From: the human T2T-CHM13v2.0 reference genome, Homo sapiens
Reading direction: 5' to 3' (one strand)
DNA: 64,000 bases
NCBI RefSeq assembly: GCF_009914755.1
Contig: NC_060928.1
The notes beneath the pieces are model-generated. The model was not told the origin of the DNA. It worked only from the letters and a program-made list of their open reading frames with translations, and made no database searches. Position 1 is the first letter of the stretch. The number at the start of each line of letters is the position of its first letter. Below, in pieces: positions 36,545 to 51,220 of the stretch. Both the position numbers and the translations under genes were made by a program.

Positions 36545-36760
36545 GTAACAGAGTAGTATACCTTAATGGTTTGACTTTGGGCTCTAACTCAAACTTGCCT
36601 TCAAATTCTGGTTTTGTCATGAGTGGGCACATTGTGAAATCAACTGAAATCCTTTGAATTTCAGCCTCCTTATCTGTAATATGGAAGATTCAATGATACA
36701 ATACATGTTAAGTTTCTAGCAATGCAACTGGTACATATTAAGAGCTAAGTTAAAGGTGGT
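36545..36760 (+). mobile_element. MIR SINE
   Basis: gactttgggct...tcaaattctgg...tcagcctccttatctgtaa. Confidence 0.6.
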
Positions 36761-38839
36761 CATCCTAGACACTCATGGCTATATAAGTTTGTTTCTGTAA
36801 ATGCACAAAATTCAACTGTATTAAATAATTCATCAAATGGTGTGATAGACTTCTCCAATGGTTGTAGATTTTAGTGTGCACATGATGTATAATAAAGAGT
36901 GCACATGCTGGAGAATCAGGAGACCTGTCCCCAAATACAGCTTTTATACTAACTTGGTCTCTGACTTTGGACAGGATGTGTCAACAGAATTTCCTGGATG
37001 TAGTAAGAAACTAAAAAGAGATTCACCCAGGCTGGAGGAGAGATTTATCTATGGATTTCAAAGCAGTAGAGACCAGGGCCTTACTTTATGGCTATGTCTA
37101 GGAGGACTGGACAGAGTTCCTATTTGGAGAAGATTCCTGTTTTTCCCCAAGAGCCATATGGAGCAGAAGAAAATAGCCAGATCAGATGGGATGCTGAGGG
37201 CACAGGTGATGAACATCTTAGCTGTAACCTTTGCGTGATCAATGACTGGAGAGTACAGTCTCCATCCCTGCCCCTCTCCTGAAACCTCAACATTGCACAG
37301 GATTTGAAACCCTTGACATGTGTATTGGATCTGTGGGATAGGAGGATAAGGATGGTAAGGGCAAAGAATGAGTGACATTAAAGTATCTATTCCTCAGCTG
37401 AATGAAGGGTAAATATCAGAAATTAAGTTAAATAGCAAACATGAAGCAGTAATGTTGCTTTATTGCACAATTCAGTCTGGGGACTAAGATTGATACTCTA
37501 TCTATCTGCCAGCATAGCTGTAGTTGTACTTCTGAAAAATATATTTTAACATTTTTCTTTCTATTCAATTTAAGGCAGCATTCTTGGAAGCCCTGCTTTT
37601 AGTGTCTACAGTCAACACGAGTTCCATACACAGCACATTTTTAGTTTATCCATTATTGAAAGATTGCTGCCTACAATGAAACCTATATGTATATGGTTTT
37701 CATGTGTTCTGTTTTTAAATAGTTAATATGAAAACTCCATAAATCAGGAATATTTTTGTATTTTCTAAATCAGGGAACCGTTTTCAATTTTGAAATTTAC
37801 AAATTGGCTATTAGTTTAGAAATTTGAAGTAAATCCTTTACTAACTTTATTATTTCATTTTTTGGTTTTCTGGACTTGCTTCTGTAACACTTTCTCTGGA
37901 TTGTTTAAGAGGAAGATAAAAGCATAAGAATTATTATTTTAAAAGTAATTTTTATTGTTACACTTGTTAGATTCCACCTGCATAATTGCCTACAAGAGTT
38001 ATGTCTTTATAATGTCTATCTATAAACAGTTCTCTGATTTAGAAATGAAATTAAATTTTTAGAGGAGAGATTTCTGCATTAAAGGATAAATATGCTAAAT
38101 ATAGTTTTGATAGATCTTGATAAATTATCCTTCATAGGAATTGTACAGTTTTGGGCACCCACCAATAAAGTATGAGAACTTTTGTTTCTTTATTCTCTTC
38201 AACATTCATTCATTCATCTGCTATACCTTTTTATACAGTTTAAATATGTTCTAGAAACCTGTTGGTTAGGAGTTGTAATTTCTCTCATACTAGCTAGAAG
38301 AGATATTATCATAATTTTTAAAAGGGGAAACTATAAATGTAAATCATTAATCATAACTTTCAGGCAAAATTAGAAATGTATCATTTTCTTCCTGAGTTCT
38401 ACTTTTGGAGAAAGCCTTAAGATTGTATCTACAAAGGCCATTATAAATTCACCGGTTGGTCAGCTCAGGCACCAAAAATATTGTTTTTTTTCAACCACAC
38501 TACACTAAGTCATCAATCAGCTGTTTTGTTGTTATGCGGGGACATTGGTGTTCATTTAAGTCAGTCTTTTTGCTGTCTGTTGAGGAAAGAATTTTTGTCA
38601 AAAAGAGAAAATATTCTTTAATATAAAACTTACAAGTTGCCAGTAATTCAATTTCAATTTCAGATAGTTAAATAATATTTCCTTCTTTTTAACCTCAGTA
38701 GAATTATGACTTTGTTATAGCCCACAGTAGAATATTGAGTTAGATGCAATTCCGTTCATCAAATGTTTGTGGATGTTACTATAGAGTGTAGGGCAGGGAG
38801 AGCAGAAGTTCAAACGCAGCTTTGGAAAACGTTCTAGGT

Positions 38840-39471
<632 letters not shown>

Positions 39472-40152
39472 TTAAGATCGTTGTCACTTCATTTTAAAAA
39501 GAGGAGACTAGAGTGTACTTCGTATATATAGGAGGATTGGAAAATTCTTGGGAAGAGTACTCAGTAAGTGGGAGCTATTAATCTTGTAGGTCAAGTTTAT
39601 TGAGGTATAATTTAAGTATGCTAAAATTCATTTTTCTTAGTATAGAATTCAATGAATTTTGAATGGTCCACACTGTCATGTAACCACCACCACAGTTAAA
39701 ATTTATAACTGTTCCACCACCACAAAATATTACTTTGCGTGTATTTCTAATTAACCCCTCATCCCATTCCCAGTCCTTGGCAAATAATGATCTCTTCCAT
39801 AGTGACATACAAATATCATTAAACAAGTATATAGATTTTTGAGTCTGGTTTCTTTCACTAAGAGTGATACATTTGAAATTCTTCCAGGTTGTTGTGGGTA
39901 TTGGTAGTTTTTTTTTTTTTTTTTTTGATTTCTGAATACAGTTTCATTGCACAGCTATACCACAATTTGTTTATCCATTTACCAGTTGAAAGACATTTGA
40001 GTTGTTTCCAGTTTTTGATATTAAACATAATCTCATTATGTATATATTTGCTTACAAGTTTGTATATGAACATAACATGTTCATTTCTCCAGAATAAATA
40101 CCTAAAAGTGAAATGCTGAGTCATATGGTAAAGTGTGTTTAATTTTATAAGA

Positions 40153-40322
40153 AATTTAGCTAGGTGTGGTGGCATGTGCCTGTAGTCCCAGCTACTCCAG
40201 AGGCTGAGGAGGGAAGAAGATCGAGCCCAGGAGGTCAAGTCTGCGATGAGCTGTTATGGTGCCACTGTACTCTAGCCTGTGTGACAGAGCAAGATCCTGT
40301 CTCAAAATAATAATAATAATAA
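40153..40322 (+). mobile_element. Alu right monomer (FRAM or 5'-truncated AluJ)
   Basis: Single arm with (TAA)n tail; TSD aattttataagaaa / aatttcataagaaa. Confidence 0.85.
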
Positions 40323-41705
40323 TTTCATAAGAAACTGCTAAAATGATTTTCAAAATGGCTGTTTCATTTTGTCTTCCACCAGCAATGTATGAGTGTTCCA
40401 GGTGCTTCATATCCTGGCCAGAACTTGATGCTGTCATCTTTTAATTTTTTTTTTTTAAATTTAGGCCCTTTTAATAGAATGTAACAGTAGCTCATTGTGG
40501 CTTTAATTTTAATTTCTCCTATAACCCCTGTTGTTCAACATCAGATTTTATAAGCTTATTTGCCACCCTTATATCTTCTTTGGTGAACTATATACTCAAA
40601 TCTGTTGCCTATGTATTTTTATGGAATTATTTGTTTCCCTATTATTGAGCTTGAGAGGGCTTTATGTGTTCTGGATGTAAGCCCTTTATTAGATATGTGT
40701 TTTGCAAATGTTTTCTCTGTCTGTGGTTTGTGTTTTTATTCTAACAGCATCTTTTGGAGAAAAATTTAAAATTATGATAATGTCTAATTTATTATAATTT
40801 TATGGGTCATATTTTTGGTGTCATGTCCAAGAAATTTTTGTCTAAGTCAAGGTCACAAAGATTTTTGTTGTAAATTTTCTTCTATGTGTTTTATAGTTTT
40901 ACATTTATGAGTATGATCTATTTTAGTTACTTTTTGTGTATGATACAAGGTATGAATTAGAACTTTTTTTACATATAGATTTCCAGTTGTTCCAGCACCA
41001 TTTGTTAAAAACCAATGCTTTCTCTATTGAATTGCCTTTGCATTTTTGTGAAAAATCAATTGCTCATGTATAGTTACTCTATTTCTAGTATTTATTCTAT
41101 ACCATGAATCTACATGTCTGTCTTTTCACCAGTATTACACTATGTTATAATACTTCCTGAAATCAGATAGTGTGAGTCTTCTAAATTTGTTCTCATTCAG
41201 AAGTATTTTGACTTTTTTATTCTTATGCATTTTCATATATATTTAGAATCAGTTTGTAGATTTCAAAAGAAAATGTCTACTTGAATTTGAATGGAATTGC
41301 TTTGCAACCAGATTACTTTGGGGGAAATTTGCATCTTAATTCTATTGAGTTTTCCAACAATAGACATGATGTAGCTCTCTATTGAGATCTTCTTCGATTT
41401 CTTTTATTAGAGGTTTACAGTTTTCAGCACAGAACCTTCATATATTTTGTTAGATTTATAGCTAAGCATTTTATGTTTTTGATGCTATTTTAAAATTACA
41501 ATTTCTAACTGTTTATTGCTAGCATATGGAAAAAATAGAAATACAGAAATACTATCTAGAAATGCAGAACTACAATATACAAAATAAACTTGACCTTGTT
41601 TTTTTCATTCTTGCTAATATCACTTATTAGTTCTACTAAGTTTTTGGTAAGTTCTTTGAGATTTTCTCCACAAGCAATCACGTTCTCTAAAAATAAGGAC
41701 AGTTT

Positions 41706-42012
<307 letters not shown>

Positions 42013-42699
42013 AAAATAAGGACAGTTTTAGTTTTATTCCATTCATTCCACTCTGGATCCTTTTATTTTATTTTTTTGCTTTTATTGCACTGACAAGGAC
42101 CTCAAGTACAGTGTTGAATATGAGTAGTAAGAGAGGACATTCTTGCCTTGTTCATACTCTGAGAGGGAAAGCATTCAGTCTTTCCTCACTGACTATGAAG
42201 TTAGCTGGAAGTATTTTTGAGATGCTCACTTTCAAGTTGAGGAAGTGCTCCACAATCCCTCTTTGCTGAGAGGTTTTATCATGAGTGGATGTTAAACTTT
42301 GTCAAATATTTTCTCTGCATCTTGTGAGATGATTATATGGTTTTCTACTTTAATTTATTGATGTGGTGAATTATATCTATTGATTTAAAAATGTTCAACC
42401 AGATTTACATTTACTGACATATTTAGTCATGGTATGTTGTCTTCTTTTTATTCCTGAATCCACTTGCTCATATTTTGTTGAGGACTTTCACTTCAATTTC
42501 AATAATATTCCTCCTGTTTCATGAGGAATATTATTGGGAGTTTTCTCTCCTTTCTTCCTTTCTTGTTCTATCTTTGTCTGGCTTGGGTGTCAGTACAGTG
42601 CTGGCCTTATTGAAGATTTTTATACAGTGTTTCCTCTTCTTATATTTTCTGAGAGAGTTTGCATAGAACTGGTGTTCATGCTTTTCAGTTTAATTTTAA

Positions 42700-42950
42700 A
42701 TACCATATCCTCGGAAAGACTTTCCTAACATTCCAATCTAAATTAGATTCCTTCTGTCTTTTAGTGTCTTTTTTCTTTGTACATTTTATTATAACTTATA
42801 AGTATATACATATATTTTAGGCTTATTTCTGTAACGTTTTCATCTTGTTCCAGGAGTCCAGGCCCATTTCTCTGTTGTTTACCATGATATGCTCATTCTT
42901 TGCGCAGTGTCTGATACTTAATAATTATTGGCTGAATAGATAAATAAATC
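42700..42950 (+). mobile_element. L2 3' end
   Basis: cagtgtctgatacttaataattattggctgaatagataaa. Confidence 0.5.
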
Positions 42951-43693
42951 TCTAGAGTTTAACAAATGTCATTATTTATTATTTATCATTACAGTGGTGA
43001 GTATTATACCTATAATTGCTTACTATGTATGTGTGTAACTTTACTATCGTGGCAAGGAAAGCACTTAACACACAATCATAATGGGTACTAAAAAACATAA
43101 TATTGTAATAGAACTAGATCATTGCTTACATAGTGAATTATAATGTGGAGCTACAGTTTCCATAAATTACTTTAATCCTGATAAAAATGCTTTTATATTT
43201 TGTCATGTGTCTTGAAAAAAAGACCGAAAATTTTGTGAAATGTTAGATCTCGCATTTAGCCTTTGCATGAAAAAAAGAATAATTTAGTAGAAATGGGATT
43301 TTAATTATTTAGCTTTCAAAGATCAAATATGATAAATTTAAATGAAGAATTCATGTTATACAATACTTTGAGTATTTTCTAACTTTCTTTTTTCAAATAA
43401 AATCTACAAAATATGCTTTGGTAACACAAATAGCAATTGGTCAGAGCAGGAAACTACGGAGCATGTGGTCCCAATTTTGGGGCACAGAAGCAGCCTTATC
43501 TGCTGAGGCATACAAAGGAGAAAGATTAAGGAAGTGTTTACAATTCATTCTAGTGGCTTCCATTTCAAATAATTTTTCAACTTATTCCCAGTTAAACAAC
43601 TGCTGGAAGTTCTCTTTTCCAGTAGCATCAGTAGTTTTGGAGGGTAGAAGAGAAATGATGCCTATGGTTAGCTAATTGAACATGCTATAGAAG

Positions 43694-44088
43694 TGTTACA
43701 TGAAGTCGAGCCTACAGCTGTCTCTTTACAATTTTAAGTTCAGCCTAAAGGCTTCTCTGTACATAGTGAACTGTAACTTAATTAGACATGTAAACAGGCG
43801 GTAACCTATTCTTCTACCAATCACTGGGTTTCAGCCAATCCAAGACAGACAACTGTTAAAACCATGTTTAAGTAAGGCAAATGCCAAGCTGTAAAGAATC
43901 CAGCTGTTTTTGTGCTCCACTTCCATTTCTGCACATTTTCCTTTTTCTTTTCATAAATATTCTTCAACCATTTAGTGCTGGAGTATCTCTGAACCTATTC
44001 TGGATCAGGGGCTGCCCCATTCCTGCATTGTTCTTTGCTTAATTAAAGTCTGTTAAATTTAATTTGTTTAGATTTTTCTATTTTCACA
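43694..44088 (+). mobile_element. MER57-type solo LTR
   Basis: TG...CA ends, 4-bp TSD gaag; homologous to 11846-12245. Confidence 0.85.
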
Positions 44089-44174
44089 GAAGAGACCATG
44101 ACTATATTAAAAATAAAGCAAAAAACCCAAAATCTAAATTAAAGCCAAAGTGACTTTCCCTTGCCAGTTGAGTT

Positions 44175-44920
44175 TCATTCGTTCATTCTTTCAACAAACA
44201 CAGAAAGCGTAATATGTAGCAAGTGCTATGACAGAGGACGGAGATTAAATGGGGAGCTGAATAAATGAAGTACTTCACAGAGCTTGAAGTTCAGTGGGAG
44301 AATAGGAACAACATACAGGAGATAACGGCAAGTGATGTTAAGTTCTTTGATATGGGATGTGCAGGGATTACAGTCGTACAAATAGGAGGAATATTCATCT
44401 AGGTAAGAGGCAGTTATTTGGGGAAGCTTTCCTATTTAAGCTGATGTTTGAAAGATGCATAGGAACTAAGTATGTGAGAGGAGGTGAGGAGTGGAATAAA
44501 TGTTATGCACAGAAGAATCAATACTGTTAACAACAACCAGTATTTGGGGGCATTTACTACATGAGGTACTATGATAAGAATTTCATATGAGTAGTCATAA
44601 TCTCATTTGATCTTTACAGTGACCCTATGACTTGGGTGTTACTGTTATAAATTTAGAAATGAGGATGAGGAAACTGGGTCACAGAGAGTTTAGAAACTTG
44701 CCTCAGGTTACTCAAGTAGAGCCAGGATTTGAAAAGTGTTGCTCTATGAGTGGCTGGTTTCAGGAGAGAAGTTCAGAATAGCTGAAGTGCATAATGTGGA
44801 TGGATGGAGGTTGTTAGAGGAGGGAAGTGGGGAAATGATGAGGAATGAGATTGGAAAGGGAGGATATGGAAGTCAGATTCCAAAAGGCCTTGCAAGCCTC
44901 ATAAAGGAGCAACTTGAATA
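44175..44920 (-). mobile_element. L2 fragment with nested MIR (~44535-44730)
   Basis: ttcattcgttcattctttcaacaaaca...; MIR core gatgaggaaactgggtcacagagag. Confidence 0.7.
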
Positions 44921-45605
44921 TCACTTAAATGTTAGCCATCCTAATTACACTTTAAATTCCTGCTTTAAAGTATTTCTGGAGCTCCTTTATCTTACTTGAT
45001 GTAGTGTAGAATATAGTCCTGGCTCAGCTGCCATGACTTAAACATGACAGACTATATTCTAGTAGAAACTGATTTTGGTTGAGAAGTTTTTATACCTTTG
45101 AGTAAAATAATCAGAAAAACTTCCTTATAGGAATTTATATCTTCCTGACAAATAGCATTCATTGTCTATAGTTATTTTTGCTGAAGTATATTTATTTTAT
45201 TTTAATCTTTGGGTTAGATAGGACACAATGGACTGTTCTTTTTTGTTGTAAGAGTACCTCACAAATAATCTGTTATAAAAAATAAGGTATTACGTTTTGT
45301 GAATGTTTAAATGTAATTTACAAAGTAAGTTCAGGTTCAAAATTTTCCCTATATGTAACCATTATATTAGAATTCTCTTTTTGAGTGGGAGAGGAAGGGG
45401 AGTTATTTTTAGTATGGAGGTGTTTTATGCATGAAAGTGACATTTTTCAAGCATATTAATGCAAATGATAATTGACAAAAAGTGTGGTGTTCTGAGGGAT
45501 TGGAGGGGACTCCTTAAATCAGGAATGAGCTAGTGGGTACAGGAGGCTATGTTCTTAACCCTAGCCAATCATATTATACTCAAAGAGCCAGGAAAAAGAG
45601 TATAT

Positions 45606-45730
45606 GTATTAGGATTCTCCAGAAAAACTGAACCAACAGGAGACAGACAGAAAAACAGAAAGATAGATAGATAGATAGATAGATGAGGTGATCTATTATG
45701 GGAATTAACTCATGGGATTATGGAGGCTTT
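45606..45730 (-). mobile_element. MLT2 LTR 3' fragment with (GATA)n
   Basis: tgtattaggattctccagaaaaactgaaccaacagga...ctcatgggattatggaggct. Confidence 0.75.
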
Positions 45731-46529
45731 TCTGAAATGAAATGGAAGTTTTGTCTTTGTGTTTGCTTGAGTACCTGCTTGGGAACCCTGACCTTAGTTC
45801 TAGGAATGCAACAAATTCTAATTTTTGGTTTGCTAATTCAGGGTTAAAGAAAATCTTCTACATTTCCACTTTATGATCAACCACCTTAAATGTTGATAAA
45901 GGAACCTGTAAAATTATGAGTGAGGTGAGGGGGAAGGGTAAATATGGAAAAAAGAAAGGTAGCTTCCCTTGATTTATTAAACTTTCATTTAGTTACAGGG
46001 TTTATGAAGGAGCCAAGAGAGTCAAGGCAGCTTTCTACAAATTGAGCTGTCGCATTCATTCTCTCATACACTAGAGTTGCCACTTAAAAATATTAAAAAA
46101 ACAAAAGAAAACAATGTTGACCATCTAACAGGACTAGTTGACTCAGCCACCAAGTTACCAAATTGCTTCATTTCTGGAAGAATTCCAGCATCTGAGAATT
46201 TGAGTTTTTCTAGAAGTCGGCTTGGTAAAAGTGGGTCAGTCCCCTGGGACTTTGTCTCCTCTTACAATAGGAAAGCCTTGATCTGACACAGCACAGTTGG
46301 TCTCCTTACAGGTCCGCTGAAGTCCATGAGATACAGCAGAGTTTGCCAACACTATTGGTGAGTATTTGTTCACTTTGGGATTAAGACACCTCGTGAGTCT
46401 CTGCATATGGCAACATTCTTCAACAAATATTTTGTATCTAAACAGGGAGAGCCCTTGGTAAAACCATAAAGTAGGTGAACTTTACCTTTCGTGATCCTCT
46501 ACACTTCTTCTCTGTGCAACCTGGGGTCC

Positions 46530-47546
46530 TGTGACATTGTAAAATATGTATTTGGCTTTTGACTCTTGTTTCCTGGCATGCAAATTCTAAAATGCTTAGG
46601 TCTTCCAGAGTGATGGTGTTTGTGTATGTTAATGATTAACTGATGGCTGGATGCCCTTAGGTAGCTTTAGGATGGGGGTTGGTCACCAGAAAGACAAAGG
46701 ATGGATTAGAGGGTTGGGACTTTCAGCCCCACCCCTGACTTCTGGGGAGGACAGAGAGGCTGAAGTGCTGTGAGGTAAAAACAACTCAAACTGCATTTTT
46801 CCTCTGCTCTCACACCACAATAACCACAATCAACACAGAAGGCTTCTGTGACCAATGTGTGGGTTTTCCCCCACATATGAATTCTACAGCAGTCATCAGC
46901 TAGGCGCCCTCCAATTCAGTTTCCATACTATCTACTGGAGACAGCCAATGGCCAATGGTTTAATCAATCATGCCTATGCAATGGCATAAAAACTCAGAAG
47001 GGAGGGATCAGATTGCCTCCAGAGAGTTGAACACATGGAGGTTCCTGGAAGGGGCTGCACCCAGGGAGGGCATAGAAGCTCCACGCCCCTTTCCCCATAC
47101 CTTGTCCTATGCATCTCTTCCTTGGTTTCCTTTGAAAAATCCTTTATTGCAAACCAGTAAATGTATGTAAGTGTTTGAGTTCTGTGAGCTGCTCTGGCAA
47201 ATTAATCAAAATCAAAGAGGGAGACTTAGGAGCCCCAACTTGAAGCCAGTTGGTCAGAAGTTCAGGAGGCCCGGACTTGAGACTGGTTGCTAAAGGCAAG
47301 AGGGTGGGGGAGTTGATCTTGTGGGACTGAGCCCTCAACCTGTGGCATCTGATGGTGTCTCCAGGTAGATAGTGTAGGAATTGAATTAGAGGGCACCTAG
47401 CTGGCAGCCGCTGCATAACTGATTGCTTGTTTGGTGTGTGTGGAAGACCTCACACATGTTTGGTCATGGAAATTTTCTGTGTTGATTGTGGATGTTGTGG
47501 TGTGACAGCAAAGGAAAAATGCAGTTTGAGTTGGTTTGTCTTCACA
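46530..47546 (+). mobile_element. MER21 solo LTR containing an inverted copy of its own 3' end
   Basis: tgtgacattgtaaaatatgtatttgg...tcttcaca. Confidence 0.85.
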
Positions 47547-48429
47547 GCGCCTTTCACTCATTCCCACCCTGGCTACCTCAGCATCTTTGGGCTTTCTGAT
47601 GTACTTAGCCTGGGAGTCCCAGCTTCTTCACTGTTGGAAAAGTTTGCACGCCTTTACAGTGCCTCATGCTCCAAGCCTTTCCCATTTACTTCAATTCCCC
47701 TTTCGAAACCACCCGGCTTAGCTCCAATCCCTCAATGCTCTTATTTTTAGGAAACAATAGGTAGTGCACATCAGATATACTATAATTTTTGTTAACACAT
47801 TAGATTGCTTTTATTTTTATCTGTCTTGCATAATATAATGTCAGCCTAGTTAAAAAGGTAGAAAATTAAAACATTTCAACAAACAAATGGGGAGGGCCTT
47901 TATAGGGCATTTGTTTCACATTCTTTAAGTAAATGCCTGCTCCTCAAATACCTAGAACTCATTTTGTGGTTATGTTTCCATTTTTCTTCAAGGTATTTTT
48001 GAGCAATTATAATTTAAGCATTTGGGGAGTTTTCAACATAAAGAATAATGTAAAATAAATAATGCTTTTACATGTATTCCAGGTAAGTCTTTAGGACTAA
48101 AAGTCCCAGAGACTATGCAAATTTTGTTCATCAATTTCAGTAGACTTTAAGATAAAAGCTAATCTAATTGTTTTACTTAACAGCTAAGAAACAGGGATTC
48201 AGGGACGAGGGAAGTCTTTATTAAGGTCACGGAGTTGTTTATTGGCAGAAAGGGAACCGGAACTCTGTTTTAATATGATTGATAGGATACATTTTATTTA
48301 AATAAAGATTAATAGCTTTAAATATTTATTACAAACATTGAGACATATTTCCAGTTATAAAGATAATTGTTTTAACACTATTCTTCCCCATTCCATCTAT
48401 CCACTAGATCTCTAATTTGCTTTTTAAAA

Positions 48430-48645
48430 TTACTTATTTATTTATTGTATTTTTAATGGGTAAATCATAGTTGTACATAGTTGTACCTATTTTGTTGGGG
48501 GTACATGTGATATTTTGATGCATGTATACAATTTATAATGATCAAGTCAGGGTAATTGGGATATCCACCACCTGAAACATTTATGTTATTTGTGGTAGGA
48601 ACATTAAAATTATTCTATTCTAGCTATTTTGAAACATACAATTCC
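48430..48645 (-). mobile_element. L1M 3' end fragment
   Basis: ggggtacatgtgatattttgatgcatgtataca...ctagctattttgaaa. Confidence 0.75.
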
Positions 48646-50339
48646 AGTTTCCTTTTAAATCTAACCCAAAATTCACCTTCCTGTAAGAAAATGTGTGATT
48701 ACCTTACTTAAAATTTATTCAACTTGACATTTCAACAGACTTTAAGAAAGTAATTTTAGAATGTTTATGTTTAGCATGAATTTATTTATTTAAAGAGAAA
48801 GCTACTGTGTCTAGATTGTTTGTCTTATTTTCCCCATAAATAAACATGCTCCTTTTTCACTCCATAATACTCAATGGATGCTCTGAAAATGCTGGTGCCA
48901 AATTACTTTTGATTTCTCTCTTTTCCCCATATTGTTTTCTCTACCTTCTTTTTTCTAGGCCACCTTAGTCTGACAATGGAAGGTATAGTAGAAGTTAAGC
49001 GAAACATTCTCAGGGCTGATAACAGTTGAAAGTAATTTCATCTGGTCTTTTGGAGAGTGTGCCTTAAGGAAGATGGGTAGCTTTTCACGTATAGGGTATT
49101 CAAAGCCAAAAAAATGCAAGGAAATAGTCTAGAAGCATAAGAAAACTGGCTGTAAGGGGAGAAAAAAATTCTGGGAAGGTACAAGAAAAAAAATTCTGGG
49201 ACGGTACAAAGGCGTGAGGAAAACAGTGTCCAATTTAGATCAACCTTCTGTCTCCACCTTTGTATCCCTGCTGTTAATTCAAGAAAATGAGCTCCCAATT
49301 TAATTGTGGTGTGGGTATGCACCTGTTTAGCTGTGTGTTCAGAAAGCTCCTAAATTTTTGCACATCAAATGATTCCTATACTGCCCTGAAAGAATCAGTG
49401 CTTCCTGGAAAATCTCAAGCTTATTCCTTGGGAGTTTATTTCTGCCTGGTGGAATTTGATTCACCATCACATTTATAGTGGGTGTTTTGATTTTGTATTG
49501 GTGACTTGGGCACACAGTACATTTTTCTAGACAGTGTTGTCATGAAATGTGACTTGCAAAACTAAAGGCTGAAACAGCATTTAAAAAAATTCTTTTAGGC
49601 AAGAATTGAGATTGAATGTTGTACTATTTTTTAACACCTTTCTCTACCTTTCTTTGCTTCTGTTAGACTCTGACAAGGGTTTTTGATGCTTAAGAATGAT
49701 TGGAAAAAAACATCAGAACAAATAAGATGCAGCATCTCGATTTCCTATCATGAGCTGAGGATGTAGGTTTTAGTCTCTTTCTTGGAGCTGTCAGAAGTGA
49801 AAGTCATGCTCATTCAAATTTCTTATTGAATGTAGTATACAGTTCTTGGGTGCTAATTGCCTAGGAACTCCATTTCCCCACTTCTGAGATAACTGGGTAC
49901 AAGGGATGGGGTGAAGCAAAGATGATTCCCTGTTTCTTTCTTCTCTTCTTTCCTTCTGTCCCCAGGGTGCAGGTATCAAGCCAGAAATTTTGTCTAATAG
50001 CGCTCAGAAATTATGCTATGAAAGGTGATTGGTGTCCGTAAGATGAACTTGTTTTCTTTTCTTTCTATTTGTTTTTGGTAATAATTTGTTATAAAGAATC
50101 TGACTGACCTAAACTTACCTCTTGAGATGGCCAGTAAAAATCATGCACCAGCTTTTCAGAACAAAGAGAGGAATAGTGACGATTGTGAACTTGAAAAGCC
50201 TCCAGGGTGAAGCCAGGAATGTGGGGGAAAGGTAAACGGGTTAAAAATATAGACATAATATTGGGAAGAAGGAAAGAAGAGGAAGGGAGGCCAGAGAAAG
50301 AAAGACTGCAAGATACTTAACCCAGACAGACTCGAAAGT

Positions 50340-50565
50340 AGTGCTTTTCAACAATGCCTCCCCTCCACTAGCAAAGAGTGACATTTGGTCATTTCTGAAG
50401 TTATACTTGGTTGCCACAGCTTGTGTGGGAGGTAGGTGATACTGGTGTCTAGTGAGCAGGGCTAGGAATGCTGCTAATCATCCTTCAAGGTTCAGGATAG
50501 CCCCCACAACAGACATCTATCTAACCCAAATTGCCAATCATTGTGTCATTGAGAAATCTGCTTTA
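50340..50565. mobile_element. MER20 hAT element
   Basis: gacatttgg...actggtgtctagtgagcaggggctaggaatgctgctaatcatcct...gcccccacaac. Confidence 0.8.
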
Positions 50566-50919
50566 AACCACCTGAACAGGGATTCAACAGGGAAAATAAT
50601 ATTTTAAGCAGCTTTCATGTGTTCATGTGTGTATACAACCAGCATATAGTAGATTATTTTCTTTCTGGTAATGTACTCTACTTACATTCCCTCCTAGAAC
50701 TTGTGGGCATAGCTGAAGATTTACATGAGTTTTGTTCCCCCCCACCCATTCTTTATCTGAGACTTGATATGTAAGCCTGAGTGCATACACTTTTTTTTCT
50801 TGGCATATTAAATCTCTTTAGTCTTCCTACGTTATAGCTTCAGCAATTCCATTTAGAGCCTTTTACCAATCTCACCAGTAGAAAACTAATTCTCAAGAGT
50901 GCACTCCTTTAAGTACTGG

Positions 50920-51220
50920 ATTTAGTTATTTTTTTCAACAAATATTTACTGAGGGCCTAATGTGTACAGGGCACTGCTGTAGATTCTTCACGTACATCAG
51001 AACATCAGTGAACAAAACAAAGATTTTTTGCGGATCTTATATTTTGTCAAGGAAGACAGACAATAAACAATAAACATAATAGCTAAGTAAAGGATATGAT
51101 ATGTTAGAAGGGGTGAAGAACTTTGTAAAAATTAAAAAAGAAGAAAAAGAAGGTAAGGCAGTGACAGTGGAGCAGCTGGTACACAGTATCAGCCAGGATA
51201 TCAGGGAAGACCTCAGGGCT
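50920..51220 (-). mobile_element. L2 fragment
   Basis: tcaacaaatatttactgagggcctaatgtgtacagggcactg. Confidence 0.75.
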
